From Oceanispirochaeta sp. (GTDB taxonomy: Bacteria; Spirochaetota; Spirochaetia; DSM-2461): a DNA stretch of 64,000 bases. The position numbers were made by a program, and so were the translations under genes. Where the stretch lies: positions 1,120,001-1,184,000 of the forward strand of contig CAXXXD010000003.1 of the NCBI GenBank assembly GCA_963663385.2. The letters are read 5' to 3'. Positions 29,308 to 38,127 of this stretch are shown here, one piece after another (within the stretch, counting starts at the first letter, position 1; every line of letters begins with the position of its first letter). A model generated the notes under the pieces. That model worked only from the letters and a program-made list of their open reading frames with translations. It was not told where the DNA came from and did not search any database.

Positions 29308-31545
29308 TTAAAATTCTTTATACCAGAGATTATAGAGGAAACCATCCGTTGAATCGATGACCCATTTGGAATCATCTACAAAGTTAAGGCTATAACTACC
29401 TGTATAATCTCTTGCATAGGCTTCATTATGCCCATCAGGTACTCCGCTATCATTAAGATGTATAAAATGCAGAGCAAGGCCGTGTGAGTTGGGATTACCA
29501 TTTATACAGCAAAAGTTCCAGTTATCTACCGGATCCTGTTTGATTGCGGCTGCAATAGCTGTTTTCAGGGTTGCCGCTTCCGCATCAGCATAGTTGGTAT
29601 TGGCACTGACGACTTCTGCCAGGTGATACATATCGATATTCAGATCACCAGGAGCCGAGGCATAGCCTTCCACATCAGATAAGATAAGAGTTTGTAATTC
29701 ATCTTGAATAGTACCTGTTGTTATACTGTTGAACAAGGCTGTTGAAAAGTTATTCAAGGCTGTATGAACATTATCAATTTCACTTAGCTTGATACCTGCA
29801 AGGGTCGCTCCACTGGTAAACTGATATTTATCTGCGTATTCAGAAACAACTGATTCAATCATATCTTCAGCGGTTTTGGATGTCCCTTTGAAGGTATTCA
29901 GCCAGTCATCATATTCCCAGCCATCCCCATCTTCAACTTCCTCGGAAGCGATCATGTAATCGGCATGATCTTTAATCTCATAAGCTACTTCCATCATTCC
30001 GGCCAGACAGGTATCGAAGCCGACAACATCGACACTTCTGGTACTGAAAATATCCCCGATTTCTTCAGTGAAGAGCATGTCATTGTTGCTTGTTGATTCA
30101 TCCACACATACAGCCTTGTAATTGCTTGGAATTCTTTCTGAAACCTGGAGATTCAAGTTCTTCAAGATATCATAATTGCTGATAGTAGAATAAGTAACTA
30201 TACTATTAGAAGATGATCGCCATCCTGTTCCATGGTTCCAGAAAATGAAGGCATAGTTATTGGCAGGGTATTTTGATTTACAGAAGTCTATGAATTTTTT
30301 TGCTGTTTCAGGATCACCCATATTTAATTCTGTTGCAGAATCAGTTGTTATACCCAGTTCTGTAGATGCAAGTCTTTTTGATTCGAAGTTGTAGAAATGG
30401 CTGCCATGACTAATCTCGTATAAACGTGTATCTTTCCAGTCAGAATCCCTAAAATCTTCTCCATAAGCTCTGTCAAACAATGTTACAACCTGAATACCAG
30501 AACCACTCAGATCTGCCGATTCCATTTCATTAAAATCATTACAAGCTTCTGTCTCCAGATCATTATCTCCATCCAGATAGATCATTACAGTCCATTCTCT
30601 AGGGACAAAAACAGCCTTAATAGATCTGTTTGCACTCATATATAGATCTCTTGGATTAGTAGAGCCTGATAGATCTCCTTCCCAATGATCAAACATATAA
30701 CCTGGTTCAGGAACCGCTTCGACTGATACAGAAGAGTTTGAGTTGAATGAAGTATCGACTGGATCTGTAGTAATGGAGCCCGAACCGCTAACTTCTGTTG
30801 AAATAGTGTAAGTTGTAGTAGTTTTAAAAACAGGAGTAATTGTTTTGCTGGTATCTACGACAATGTCTGTAGGATTATCAGTTCCAGTATAATCACCAGT
30901 CCAATGGTCAAAAACATAACCCGTACTACCGGTTGCAGTGATTGTTACAGTTTCTCCATCATAGTACTCATAATCTGGAGAGCGAGTAACGTACCCATAT
31001 AGATCATAGCATGTTAGTGTATTAAAAACGTCTGTGAAATAAAATTGAACAGATTTATCAGAATCCATTGTGACTTCTGGAATTAACCCGAACTCGATAT
31101 CATCTCCTTCATAGTATTTATATCTAAACCCCTCATCAGGTGTCAAAGTTAATGATACTACAGTATCAGGAGCATAAAGTTCATAATCAGGGTATTTTGA
31201 AACCGATCCATTTTCAGCAGTACAGGTAAGAGTGTAACCTGAGGCAATTTCCTTAAAAGCAACCTCAAAATCCATATCGTTATTGACTTCTACGGTAACT
31301 GAACCTGTTATGCCGGAAACATCACCTCCCCAGTAGGAGAATTCGTATCCTTCATTTGGTACAGCTGTAATTGTTACAGATGTACCATCTTCATACTTTT
31401 TTTTATCGGGTGAAAATGTAACTGTTCCATTTCCGTCATCTGTGCAAGTAAGTTTATAGGTTTCTATTTTGGATTCTTTACATCCTCCTATAGATATTAG
31501 AAGAGTGAAAGAGAGCAAAAATACTATGCAGATTTTCTTTTTCAA
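29308..31545 (-). CDS. Lipoprotein with about 4 InlB-B/bacterial-repeat domains and a C-terminal clostripain (C11) peptidase
   Basis: TTG start with SD GGAGG; lipobox SIGGC; repeats V.ITAVP..GY.F..W.GD; WTVMIYLDGDNDLE, ELNMGDP, WNHGTGW (His), GFDTCLAG (Cys). Confidence 0.88.
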   Translation of the reverse strand: MKKKICIVFLLSFTLLISIGGCKESKIETYKLTCTDDGNGTVTFSPDKKKYEDGTSVTITAVPNEGYEFSYWGGDVSGITGSVTVEVNNDMDFEVAFKEIASGYTLTCTAENGSVSKYPDYELYAPDTVVSLTLTPDEGFRYKYYEGDDIEFGLIPEVTMDSDKSVQFYFTDVFNTLTCYDLYGYVTRSPDYEYYDGETVTITATGSTGYVFDHWTGDYTGTDNPTDIVVDTSKTITPVFKTTTTYTISTEVSGSGSITTDPVDTSFNSNSSVSVEAVPEPGYMFDHWEGDLSGSTNPRDLYMSANRSIKAVFVPREWTVMIYLDGDNDLETEACNDFNEMESADLSGSGIQVVTLFDRAYGEDFRDSDWKDTRLYEISHGSHFYNFESKRLASTELGITTDSATELNMGDPETAKKFIDFCKSKYPANNYAFIFWNHGTGWRSSSNSIVTYSTISNYDILKNLNLQVSERIPSNYKAVCVDESTSNNDMLFTEEIGDIFSTRSVDVVGFDTCLAGMMEVAYEIKDHADYMIASEEVEDGDGWEYDDWLNTFKGTSKTAEDMIESVVSEYADKYQFTSGATLAGIKLSEIDNVHTALNNFSTALFNSITTGTIQDELQTLILSDVEGYASAPGDLNIDMYHLAEVVSANTNYADAEAATLKTAIAAAIKQDPVDNWNFCCINGNPNSHGLALHFIHLNDSGVPDGHNEAYARDYTGSYSLNFVDDSKWVIDSTDGFLYNLWYKEF

Positions 31546-31800
31546 ATTGAGCCTCCGTTTGATATTTAAAAGTTCAAATGTTGTACGGCTATAAAAACCG
31601 GGAATGAGCCGTTTAATTAAAATGGAAGAATTGGTCAGAATATTGGATCCGCTCTTCATTATTTGATTAGTAATCAACTCTTTTCATTTGAAGTTCTGGA
31701 TGGATATTAACATGAGATCTTTTGAATGTAAATGAATCACTGTTATTTTATCAAGTCGAAATTACAATCGGGTAGGTGTTTATTATTCATATCTGAAAAA

Positions 31801-31834
31801 GAAAAAAAGCCTATCGAGCGGAGCCGAGATAGGC
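31801..31834 (-). terminator. Terminator-like hairpin with REP-like core
   Basis: Minus strand GCCTATCTCGGCTCCGCTCGATAGGC followed by a T-run. Confidence 0.6.
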
Positions 31835-31882
31835 AAATATCAGGTCTTTTTGCAAAAATGTCCCGTGTTTTTCAATCAGCAT
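31811..31882 (-). CDS. Putative 23-aa small ORF (MLIEKHGTFLQKDLIFAYLGSAR)
   Basis: Strong SD AAGGGAGG 8 nt before the ATG; stop TAG lies inside the terminator hairpin. Confidence 0.4.
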   Translation of the reverse strand: MLIEKHGTFLQKDLIFAYLGSAR

Positions 31883-31938
31883 AACAATTTCCTCCCTTAA
31901 TAAAAATACAACCATACAGCCATTTTATAAAAATCTTT

Positions 31939-31977
31939 CCCCTCGCCCTCTGGGAGAGGGGACCAAGGGGAGAGGGT
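31939..31977. repeat. REP-like element
   Basis: CCCCTCGCCCTCTGGGAGAGGGG-ACCAA-GGGGAGAGGGT; same hairpin plus G-rich tail architecture as the 21427-21454 arm. Confidence 0.55.
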
Positions 31978-32078
31978 TCTAAGGCAATTCCCCCCGAGAG
32001 AAAATCTCCAAAGGACTGATAAAAATGAAATTTAATACAATATACGTTCTATTAGAAAATGATGGATTAAGGGAGAGG

Positions 32079-32555
32079 GTGCGGAAAGAGCACGTAAATA
32101 AAGGAGTCATATTAATCTCCCTCCTCATCCTCCTCTCCGCCTGCGCCACAAACCCTTTCCGCCCCCGGGCCGGACAATTCCTCTCCGATCAGGAGTGGCA
32201 GGAGGAAAAAACTCTATACACCTATGTTCCGGGAAAAGTGGAAGTGGAAGCTGATCTTCATGAAAAGGAGATCAGCCGCAGCGCCCTCCGGAACCTGACT
32301 CTCCTTCTGGAAGAGGGAAACCGGGAGAATCAGATTCCGGGCGGAAAGACCGCGAAAGCGGATCTTTACCTGAGTGAATACTCCTATATGAAGGACTTCA
32401 AGCCCCTTAAAACCCTGACCCTGCATCTAGTTGTATACAGTGAACAGGGGACCCCCCTGTGCAGTTACTACCGCAGTATGGAAACAAAGGAAAGCTTCTT
32501 CTCCTCTCCCTATCTGTATAAACAGCTGGAAAAGGGCGTGCGGAAACTGTTCTGA
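32079..32555 (+). CDS. Hypothetical lipoprotein, first gene of the RND/TolC operon
   Basis: GTG start after GGGAGAGG; LLILLSAC lipobox; stop overlaps the TolC start (TGATG). Confidence 0.75.
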   Translation: MRKEHVNKGVILISLLILLSACATNPFRPRAGQFLSDQEWQEEKTLYTYVPGKVEVEADLHEKEISRSALRNLTLLLEEGNRENQIPGGKTAKADLYLSEYSYMKDFKPLKTLTLHLVVYSEQGTPLCSYYRSMETKESFFSSPYLYKQLEKGVRKLF

Positions 32556-33946
32556 TGAAGAGAGCCTTTCTTATCCTCTTTACAATTACCTCATCTGTTG
32601 TCTACGGAGAAATCCCGACAATCGGCCTCAGCGAAGCGATAGCCCTGGCCGGGGAGCAGAACAGCTCCCTTATCCGGGACAACCTGGAAAGGAACAGCGC
32701 CCGGGAGCAGCTGCGGTTTCAGATACGGGATTTTCTGCCCGATCTGGAACTCGGATTCTCCCGCAGCGATTCGGTAACTGTCGGTAGCAGCGATTCCCGG
32801 GTAAACAAACTGAGCCTGGGGGTGAACCAGCTGCTATTCGGAGGAGGGCGGGAGCTCCGGGCCTACAGGCAGGCGCGGCGAGAACTGGACCTGAAGGATT
32901 TCGCGTCCCTCGCCCTGAGGAATTCGGTAGCCTACCAGGTAACCGGGCAGTACGTGGATGTTCTGAAAAACAGGAAAACCCTGGATATCCTGAATGCCTC
33001 CCGGGAAAACCTGATGAAACAGCTGGAAATCGCCGCTCTGGAGCTGGAGCTGGGGCAGATCCGGCGGGTGGACTACCTGGATATGCAGCTGAAGGAATCG
33101 GAAATACGGCTGACCATTCAGGATACGGAAGAGCAGCTTCTGACCAGCCGCTTTGCCCTTGCCTCGCTGCTGTATCTGACTCTGGAACAGCTGCCACGGC
33201 TGTCGGGCACTCTGAATGACGCCTACCGGGGAACACTGCTGCCCCTGGCTGAAGAGGATGGTTTTATCCGGGCCATGCAGGCCAGGGCAGAGCAGCAGAA
33301 TCAGGATCTTCTGTCACTGGACCGGGAGGAGATCCTTGCCTGTCAGAAGCTGCAGGATGCCCGGCTCTTCTGGCTGCCCCGTATTGAGGCTACGGGAGAT
33401 TTCTCCGTATCCGGGCAGGTCTACCCGCTGGATGAACCGGCCTTCTCTCTGGGGCTGAATTTTGAATTCGATCTTCCCCTGTTGCCTTCTACTGTAGATG
33501 TGCAGGCGGGCAAGGCCAATCCGGACGAAACCAACCGCATGATCAGTACAGGCACGGATCTGCTGGACAATCCCGAAGCCCTTGTCAATCCGAAGAACGC
33601 CCGGACAGCCCTCTATCTCAAGCAGCTGGAAAAGGAGGAGAGCCGCCGTGAGGTCTTCTTCCAGATCCGGTCTATCACGGAGAATCTGCTGATGGCGGGG
33701 GAACGGATAAACCTGCAGAGGGAGAAACTGAATATCCTGAAGGAAAAACTGAATATCCAAAAAACCGAATTGAAGCTGGGAGAGATAACCCGCCTTGAGT
33801 ATGTGGAATCCGAAATAGCCTATTCCCGTGAACAGATCGCGTTTCTCACTACTCTGGTGGAACTGCACAGCGCGGAGGAGGAACTGAAAAATCTCTGTGC
33901 TTTTAATCCCGTGGGGAATCAGGAGGAGAAACTTGTTAATGAATAA
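32555..33946 (+). CDS. TolC family outer membrane channel
   Basis: Signal peptide; two OEP repeats (LSEAIALA...FLPDL; WLPRI; LELGQIRRVDY / LKLGEITRLEY). Confidence 0.85.
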   Translation: MKRAFLILFTITSSVVYGEIPTIGLSEAIALAGEQNSSLIRDNLERNSAREQLRFQIRDFLPDLELGFSRSDSVTVGSSDSRVNKLSLGVNQLLFGGGRELRAYRQARRELDLKDFASLALRNSVAYQVTGQYVDVLKNRKTLDILNASRENLMKQLEIAALELELGQIRRVDYLDMQLKESEIRLTIQDTEEQLLTSRFALASLLYLTLEQLPRLSGTLNDAYRGTLLPLAEEDGFIRAMQARAEQQNQDLLSLDREEILACQKLQDARLFWLPRIEATGDFSVSGQVYPLDEPAFSLGLNFEFDLPLLPSTVDVQAGKANPDETNRMISTGTDLLDNPEALVNPKNARTALYLKQLEKEESRREVFFQIRSITENLLMAGERINLQREKLNILKEKLNIQKTELKLGEITRLEYVESEIAYSREQIAFLTTLVELHSAEEELKNLCAFNPVGNQEEKLVNE

Positions 33947-35294
33947 ACTCACAATTCCGGCCGTACTCCTGTGGGCCTGCCTTCTGCTGCTGTTTTCCTG
34001 CAGCCCGGAAAATAAACAAGAGACGGAACAGGCCGGCAGCGCCCAGTATACGCCTGCCGTTGAGATCGGCCGCTGTACCCTCAGGGATTATGCGGAGTCC
34101 TACGAAACATTCGGGACCATCTCTTATGTAACCAAAGCGGATGTTTTCCCCATGTCAAACGAGGTTATCCGGAAAATGTATTTTGAAGAAGGGGACAGTG
34201 TCCGGAAGGGGGATATCCTGGCCAGGCTGAACCCTCAGAAGCTGGAAATTCAGATCAGGGAAGCCGCAGCGGGAGTCAGAATACGGGAGACAGGGCTGAA
34301 TCTGGCCCGTCAGCAGCTGGAAGAGGGACGGCGTAATATGGAGGCTCAGTTTCTAACCATTGAAAATGCCCGGCTGGAACTGCAGAAAAAAGAGGCGGAT
34401 CTGGAACGGCTGGGAAGTGTATACGAAAACAAGAAGCAGCTCTTTGAGATTAACGGTATCAGCCGGGAAGAGATGGCGTCGCTGGAACTGGATTTTTTTG
34501 AGAAGGAACTGGAAGTCAGGCAGAGCCGGAGCAATCTGGCTGTAAAAATGATCGGTTACAGGGATGAGGACCTGCTTGAAGCGGGGTATATTCTGCCTGA
34601 TACGGAAGCGGAGAAAATTGAACTTTTTCTGGACTGTAATACGCGGATGCTTCAGGCGGAGGTGGAGGTGGCCGAAGCGGAACTGGAAGCGGCCCGCAGT
34701 CAACAGGAAACCCTGGAACTTTACCTCTCCGAAACGGCCGTCAGGGCCCCCATAAGCGGGCTGATCGGGCAGAAGTATATGGAAGAGGGGGAGAAGGTTT
34801 CAACGGAAAAGCCCTTGTATATGATCTACCCCGACAGGGAAGTCTATGCTCTGGCCGAGGTGGGAGAAAACGATCTGCTCCGCCTTGAAAAGGGGCAGCA
34901 GGCGCAGATCCTTACGGATACGTCAAACCAGGTTAAAACCGGTACTATTGAAAAAATATCCCCCTGGGTCAAACAGGAAAACCGCTGCGGTACGGTCAAG
35001 ATCCATCTGGAGAACGGGGATGCCTTTTTCAGGGTCGGTCAGTTTATCAGAATAGCCATTTATCTGAGTGAAGAAAAACAAACGCTTATGATCCCCGAAG
35101 AGGCGGTGCTTTTTGATGGAGAGACTCCCTATGCCTACAGCCTCAGGGGGAACCGAATTTTCCGGCGGGATCTGGAGTGCGGTAAGAAACTGGAGAGCGA
35201 AAGGCCCGTATGGAGCGGACTGGACCGGGATGACAGGATTGTCCTGAACCCGCGGGAGAGCTTCCGGGACGGTATGGAGGTTGTCATCCAATGA
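33939..35294 (+). CDS. RND membrane-fusion (periplasmic adaptor) lipoprotein with long coiled coil
   Basis: LLFSC lipobox; FEEGDSVRKGDILARL, VRAPISGLI, IPEEAV. Confidence 0.88.
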   Translation: MNKLTIPAVLLWACLLLLFSCSPENKQETEQAGSAQYTPAVEIGRCTLRDYAESYETFGTISYVTKADVFPMSNEVIRKMYFEEGDSVRKGDILARLNPQKLEIQIREAAAGVRIRETGLNLARQQLEEGRRNMEAQFLTIENARLELQKKEADLERLGSVYENKKQLFEINGISREEMASLELDFFEKELEVRQSRSNLAVKMIGYRDEDLLEAGYILPDTEAEKIELFLDCNTRMLQAEVEVAEAELEAARSQQETLELYLSETAVRAPISGLIGQKYMEEGEKVSTEKPLYMIYPDREVYALAEVGENDLLRLEKGQQAQILTDTSNQVKTGTIEKISPWVKQENRCGTVKIHLENGDAFFRVGQFIRIAIYLSEEKQTLMIPEEAVLFDGETPYAYSLRGNRIFRRDLECGKKLESERPVWSGLDRDDRIVLNPRESFRDGMEVVIQ

Positions 35295-36724
35295 AAATAA
35301 GGCGGCTGTATTCCGGTTTCCTCGTGATTTCCGCTGTTTTTCTCTCCTGTTCCCTGATTGATCTGGATCCGGACGAAGTCTGTACCCTGAACCCATCGAA
35401 GGATTATCAGGTACTGGCTGCGGATGAAGATATCACGCTGGAATTCCGGGATAAACCGAACCGGTATACGGTGGAGCAGATTATCACTATCAGCAGTGCA
35501 GACCGTAAGCAGGACTGCCATTTCCTGTGGCAGGATGACGATCGGCTGACAGTCGATCCGGTAAAAGAACTGATTCCCGGAATCCGCTATGAAATAAGTG
35601 TGGACGGATACTTTGAGAGCCGGAACGGGAGAAGTCTGGAGGCGGATATCCACAGACCTTTTTACTATCTGAGCGAGGACTACAGCCCTCTTCAGCTGCT
35701 TTCCATGGCACCCGGTGAGGGAGGTACCATTTCGGACGGTGAATCCCTTGTTCTGGAGTTTAACAGGGCCCCGGACGAAGCTGCCCTGATCAAGGACCTT
35801 TCCCTTTCTCCTGATACGGCTTATACCTGTTCTCTGGAAGATATGACTCTGACAATCACACCGGAAGAAAAATGGACCAATCTGACAGATTATACCCTGA
35901 AACTGAGCAGCGAACTCCATGATGCGGAGGCTGTTCCCCTGGATCCGGAAGTAGAGAGAACCTTCAGGGTCTGTGCCGATACGGATCTGCCGGCGGTAAC
36001 GGCCTGCGGGGCTGCAGACAATGATCGATCAGCCAGGTTTCCCTATAAGTCCTTTGAAGCGGATCTGCTCCGGTATACTGACGCTGTAAGGATCAGCTTC
36101 TCAGAGGATATGGACAGGGGCAGTGTAGAGAATGCGTTCTCTCTGACCCCGAACTTATCCGGCGATCTGTACTGGGACAGTGACCGTTGCCTGATATTTG
36201 TTCCGGAAACCGGCTGGGTTATGAACACGGAGTACACTCTCCGGATAGCAGAAGATGCCGAAAACCCGGCGGGATTAAGCCTGGAAGAGGATTACGAGTC
36301 CGTTTTTCTTCCGGATATAGAACCCCTTGATCTTGCTTCTCTTGAGTGCCTGGATAACTCTCTGGTTCTGAACAGCTACAGTTCGTCCGCTCCTGTGGAT
36401 CTGCCGGAAAACGGTCCTTCTCCCTATGAACTGACATTCCGGTTTACATTTTCCAGACCCATTGTTACGGACCGGGAAAAGCAGGATGTCCAGAACAGCA
36501 TCAGTTTATATGAAACATTCAGCTCCGACGGCAGCCCCCGGCAATCCCAGTGCACATGGGGAAGCAGTTACGCCCTGACCATCATCTATACTGGATTCAA
36601 TTCCACAGCCGACCGGGAACACTACTATCTGCTGGAGATCAAGGGGAGTGAAGAAGGAATCAGAAACGATGAGGGCAGTTTTATGCCGGAAACAGTCAAG
36701 CAGCTGTTCAGGACAAAATCATGA
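35291..36724 (+). CDS. Lipoprotein with tandem Ig-like (Big_5/SbsA-type) domains
   Basis: VFLSC lipobox; repeated ITLEF / LVLEFN / VRISFSEDMDRGSVENAF...W...L.F.P...YTL units. Confidence 0.75.
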   Translation: MKIRRLYSGFLVISAVFLSCSLIDLDPDEVCTLNPSKDYQVLAADEDITLEFRDKPNRYTVEQIITISSADRKQDCHFLWQDDDRLTVDPVKELIPGIRYEISVDGYFESRNGRSLEADIHRPFYYLSEDYSPLQLLSMAPGEGGTISDGESLVLEFNRAPDEAALIKDLSLSPDTAYTCSLEDMTLTITPEEKWTNLTDYTLKLSSELHDAEAVPLDPEVERTFRVCADTDLPAVTACGAADNDRSARFPYKSFEADLLRYTDAVRISFSEDMDRGSVENAFSLTPNLSGDLYWDSDRCLIFVPETGWVMNTEYTLRIAEDAENPAGLSLEEDYESVFLPDIEPLDLASLECLDNSLVLNSYSSSAPVDLPENGPSPYELTFRFTFSRPIVTDREKQDVQNSISLYETFSSDGSPRQSQCTWGSSYALTIIYTGFNSTADREHYYLLEIKGSEEGIRNDEGSFMPETVKQLFRTKS

Positions 36725-38127
36725 AAAGAACCGTTTTAATTTGTCTCTTTCTGATTTCTCTGGCCAGCTGTAAATGGATGGACGATCTACAGCATATGTC
36801 TGCTCCCGAAATTACCTCCATTGAACCGGAGGGGGAAATCCTGGAAGCGGATAGAATTGATAGTATAGCTATCAAGTTCTCAGCTAAGATGAACAGGCCA
36901 TCGGTAGAAGCCGCTTTCCTCCTGAATGACGAGTTTGAAGGAGATCTGGACGGCGTATTCAGCTGGGAGGAAAACAGGATGCAATTCACCCCCTATTACG
37001 GTTTCGCTCCGGACAGGGAGTACAGGATCAGCCTGAAGAAGGATGCCGAGGACAGTTATGGAAACTCACTTGAACGGGACTGGTTCCACCTTTTCTCAAC
37101 AGGTTCGGATACGGTTTCTCCCGTACTCCTGTCTACGGATCCTGAAGATTTCTCCGCTTTAACGGGTAAACGGCAGGAACTGGTTATAACTTTTTCGGAA
37201 GCAGTGGATAAGGAGAGTTTTCGCGCTTCCCTCAGTATCACTCCGGATATTACAGTAAATCAGGAGTGGAGCGATACGGGAGATAGCATAACTATCATTC
37301 CTCTTGAGGACTATGAAGAGGGGGAGGATTACAGGATAACTCTCTCGACAGATCTGGAAGACTTATACAGCAATGCGCTGGAAGAGGACGTGGAACTCTA
37401 CTATAAAGCCTGGACCCTGACGGACCTGCTGCTGACTTCCTTTACAGTAGATACATCCTCAGAGCTGCTGGATTACACCAGTGATAGTGAAGCTATCAAT
37501 GAAGGGCTGTTTCAGGGTAATCGCCTGCAGGGAACCCTGAACAGGGCTGCGGACTATGAAGAACGGAACAACCTGATTACCCTTAAGCCGTCGCTTCTGT
37601 ACAGCATTGACTGGAGTGAAGATTATACCGCATTTGATCTCACTTTTGATGAATCTCCCGTCTATAACGGCTACTATGATCTTTCTGTTCTGGATAGAGT
37701 CTATGTCCTTCATATGAACGGAGAGGAAGGCATTCCCTACAGCGTCTCGGCTGTAAACTTCTGTCCCGACTCCACAGCTGGATCTCCCGTTTTCACACCA
37801 TTAAGCCTGAATTCCAATCTGGGAGCCATAGACGGGACGACGGCCTTTTTCGATTTCTACATACAGCATCCTCCTTCGGATGTCCCGGATCTCTCAAAGT
37901 TTATAGACGCTTTAAGCATTGAGTCTTCTGTCATTACATGGGATTACCTGTCTGTAGAAGTTTTTGACGGTACACAGACTCCTGCCCCCCAGCCGGTTCC
38001 GGAAGAGGGTGCCAGCCTGATCCGCCTGTATACGGAGGTAAACTACCCCGGTCTTCCGGGTATTGTGAATCTCTCGCTGGATGAAACCTTCTGTCCCAGG
38101 TGGACCCTTACGGTGAGTCTGCACTGA
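36721..38127 (+). CDS. Lipoprotein with tandem Ig-like (Big_5/SbsA-type) domains
   Basis: SLASC lipobox; PEITSIEP...IKFSAKMNRPSVEAAF...AEDSYGNSL...FSTG.DTVSPVLLSTDP...ITFSEAVD. Confidence 0.78.
   Translation: MKRTVLICLFLISLASCKWMDDLQHMSAPEITSIEPEGEILEADRIDSIAIKFSAKMNRPSVEAAFLLNDEFEGDLDGVFSWEENRMQFTPYYGFAPDREYRISLKKDAEDSYGNSLERDWFHLFSTGSDTVSPVLLSTDPEDFSALTGKRQELVITFSEAVDKESFRASLSITPDITVNQEWSDTGDSITIIPLEDYEEGEDYRITLSTDLEDLYSNALEEDVELYYKAWTLTDLLLTSFTVDTSSELLDYTSDSEAINEGLFQGNRLQGTLNRAADYEERNNLITLKPSLLYSIDWSEDYTAFDLTFDESPVYNGYYDLSVLDRVYVLHMNGEEGIPYSVSAVNFCPDSTAGSPVFTPLSLNSNLGAIDGTTAFFDFYIQHPPSDVPDLSKFIDALSIESSVITWDYLSVEVFDGTQTPAPQPVPEEGASLIRLYTEVNYPGLPGIVNLSLDETFCPRWTLTVSLH

Noticed and set aside
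31546..31677. N-terminal extensions in the ORF track (also 53044-53148, 6140-6175, 32025-32078)
   Set aside because: Downstream starts have an SD or promoter and give proper signal peptides or family N-termini.
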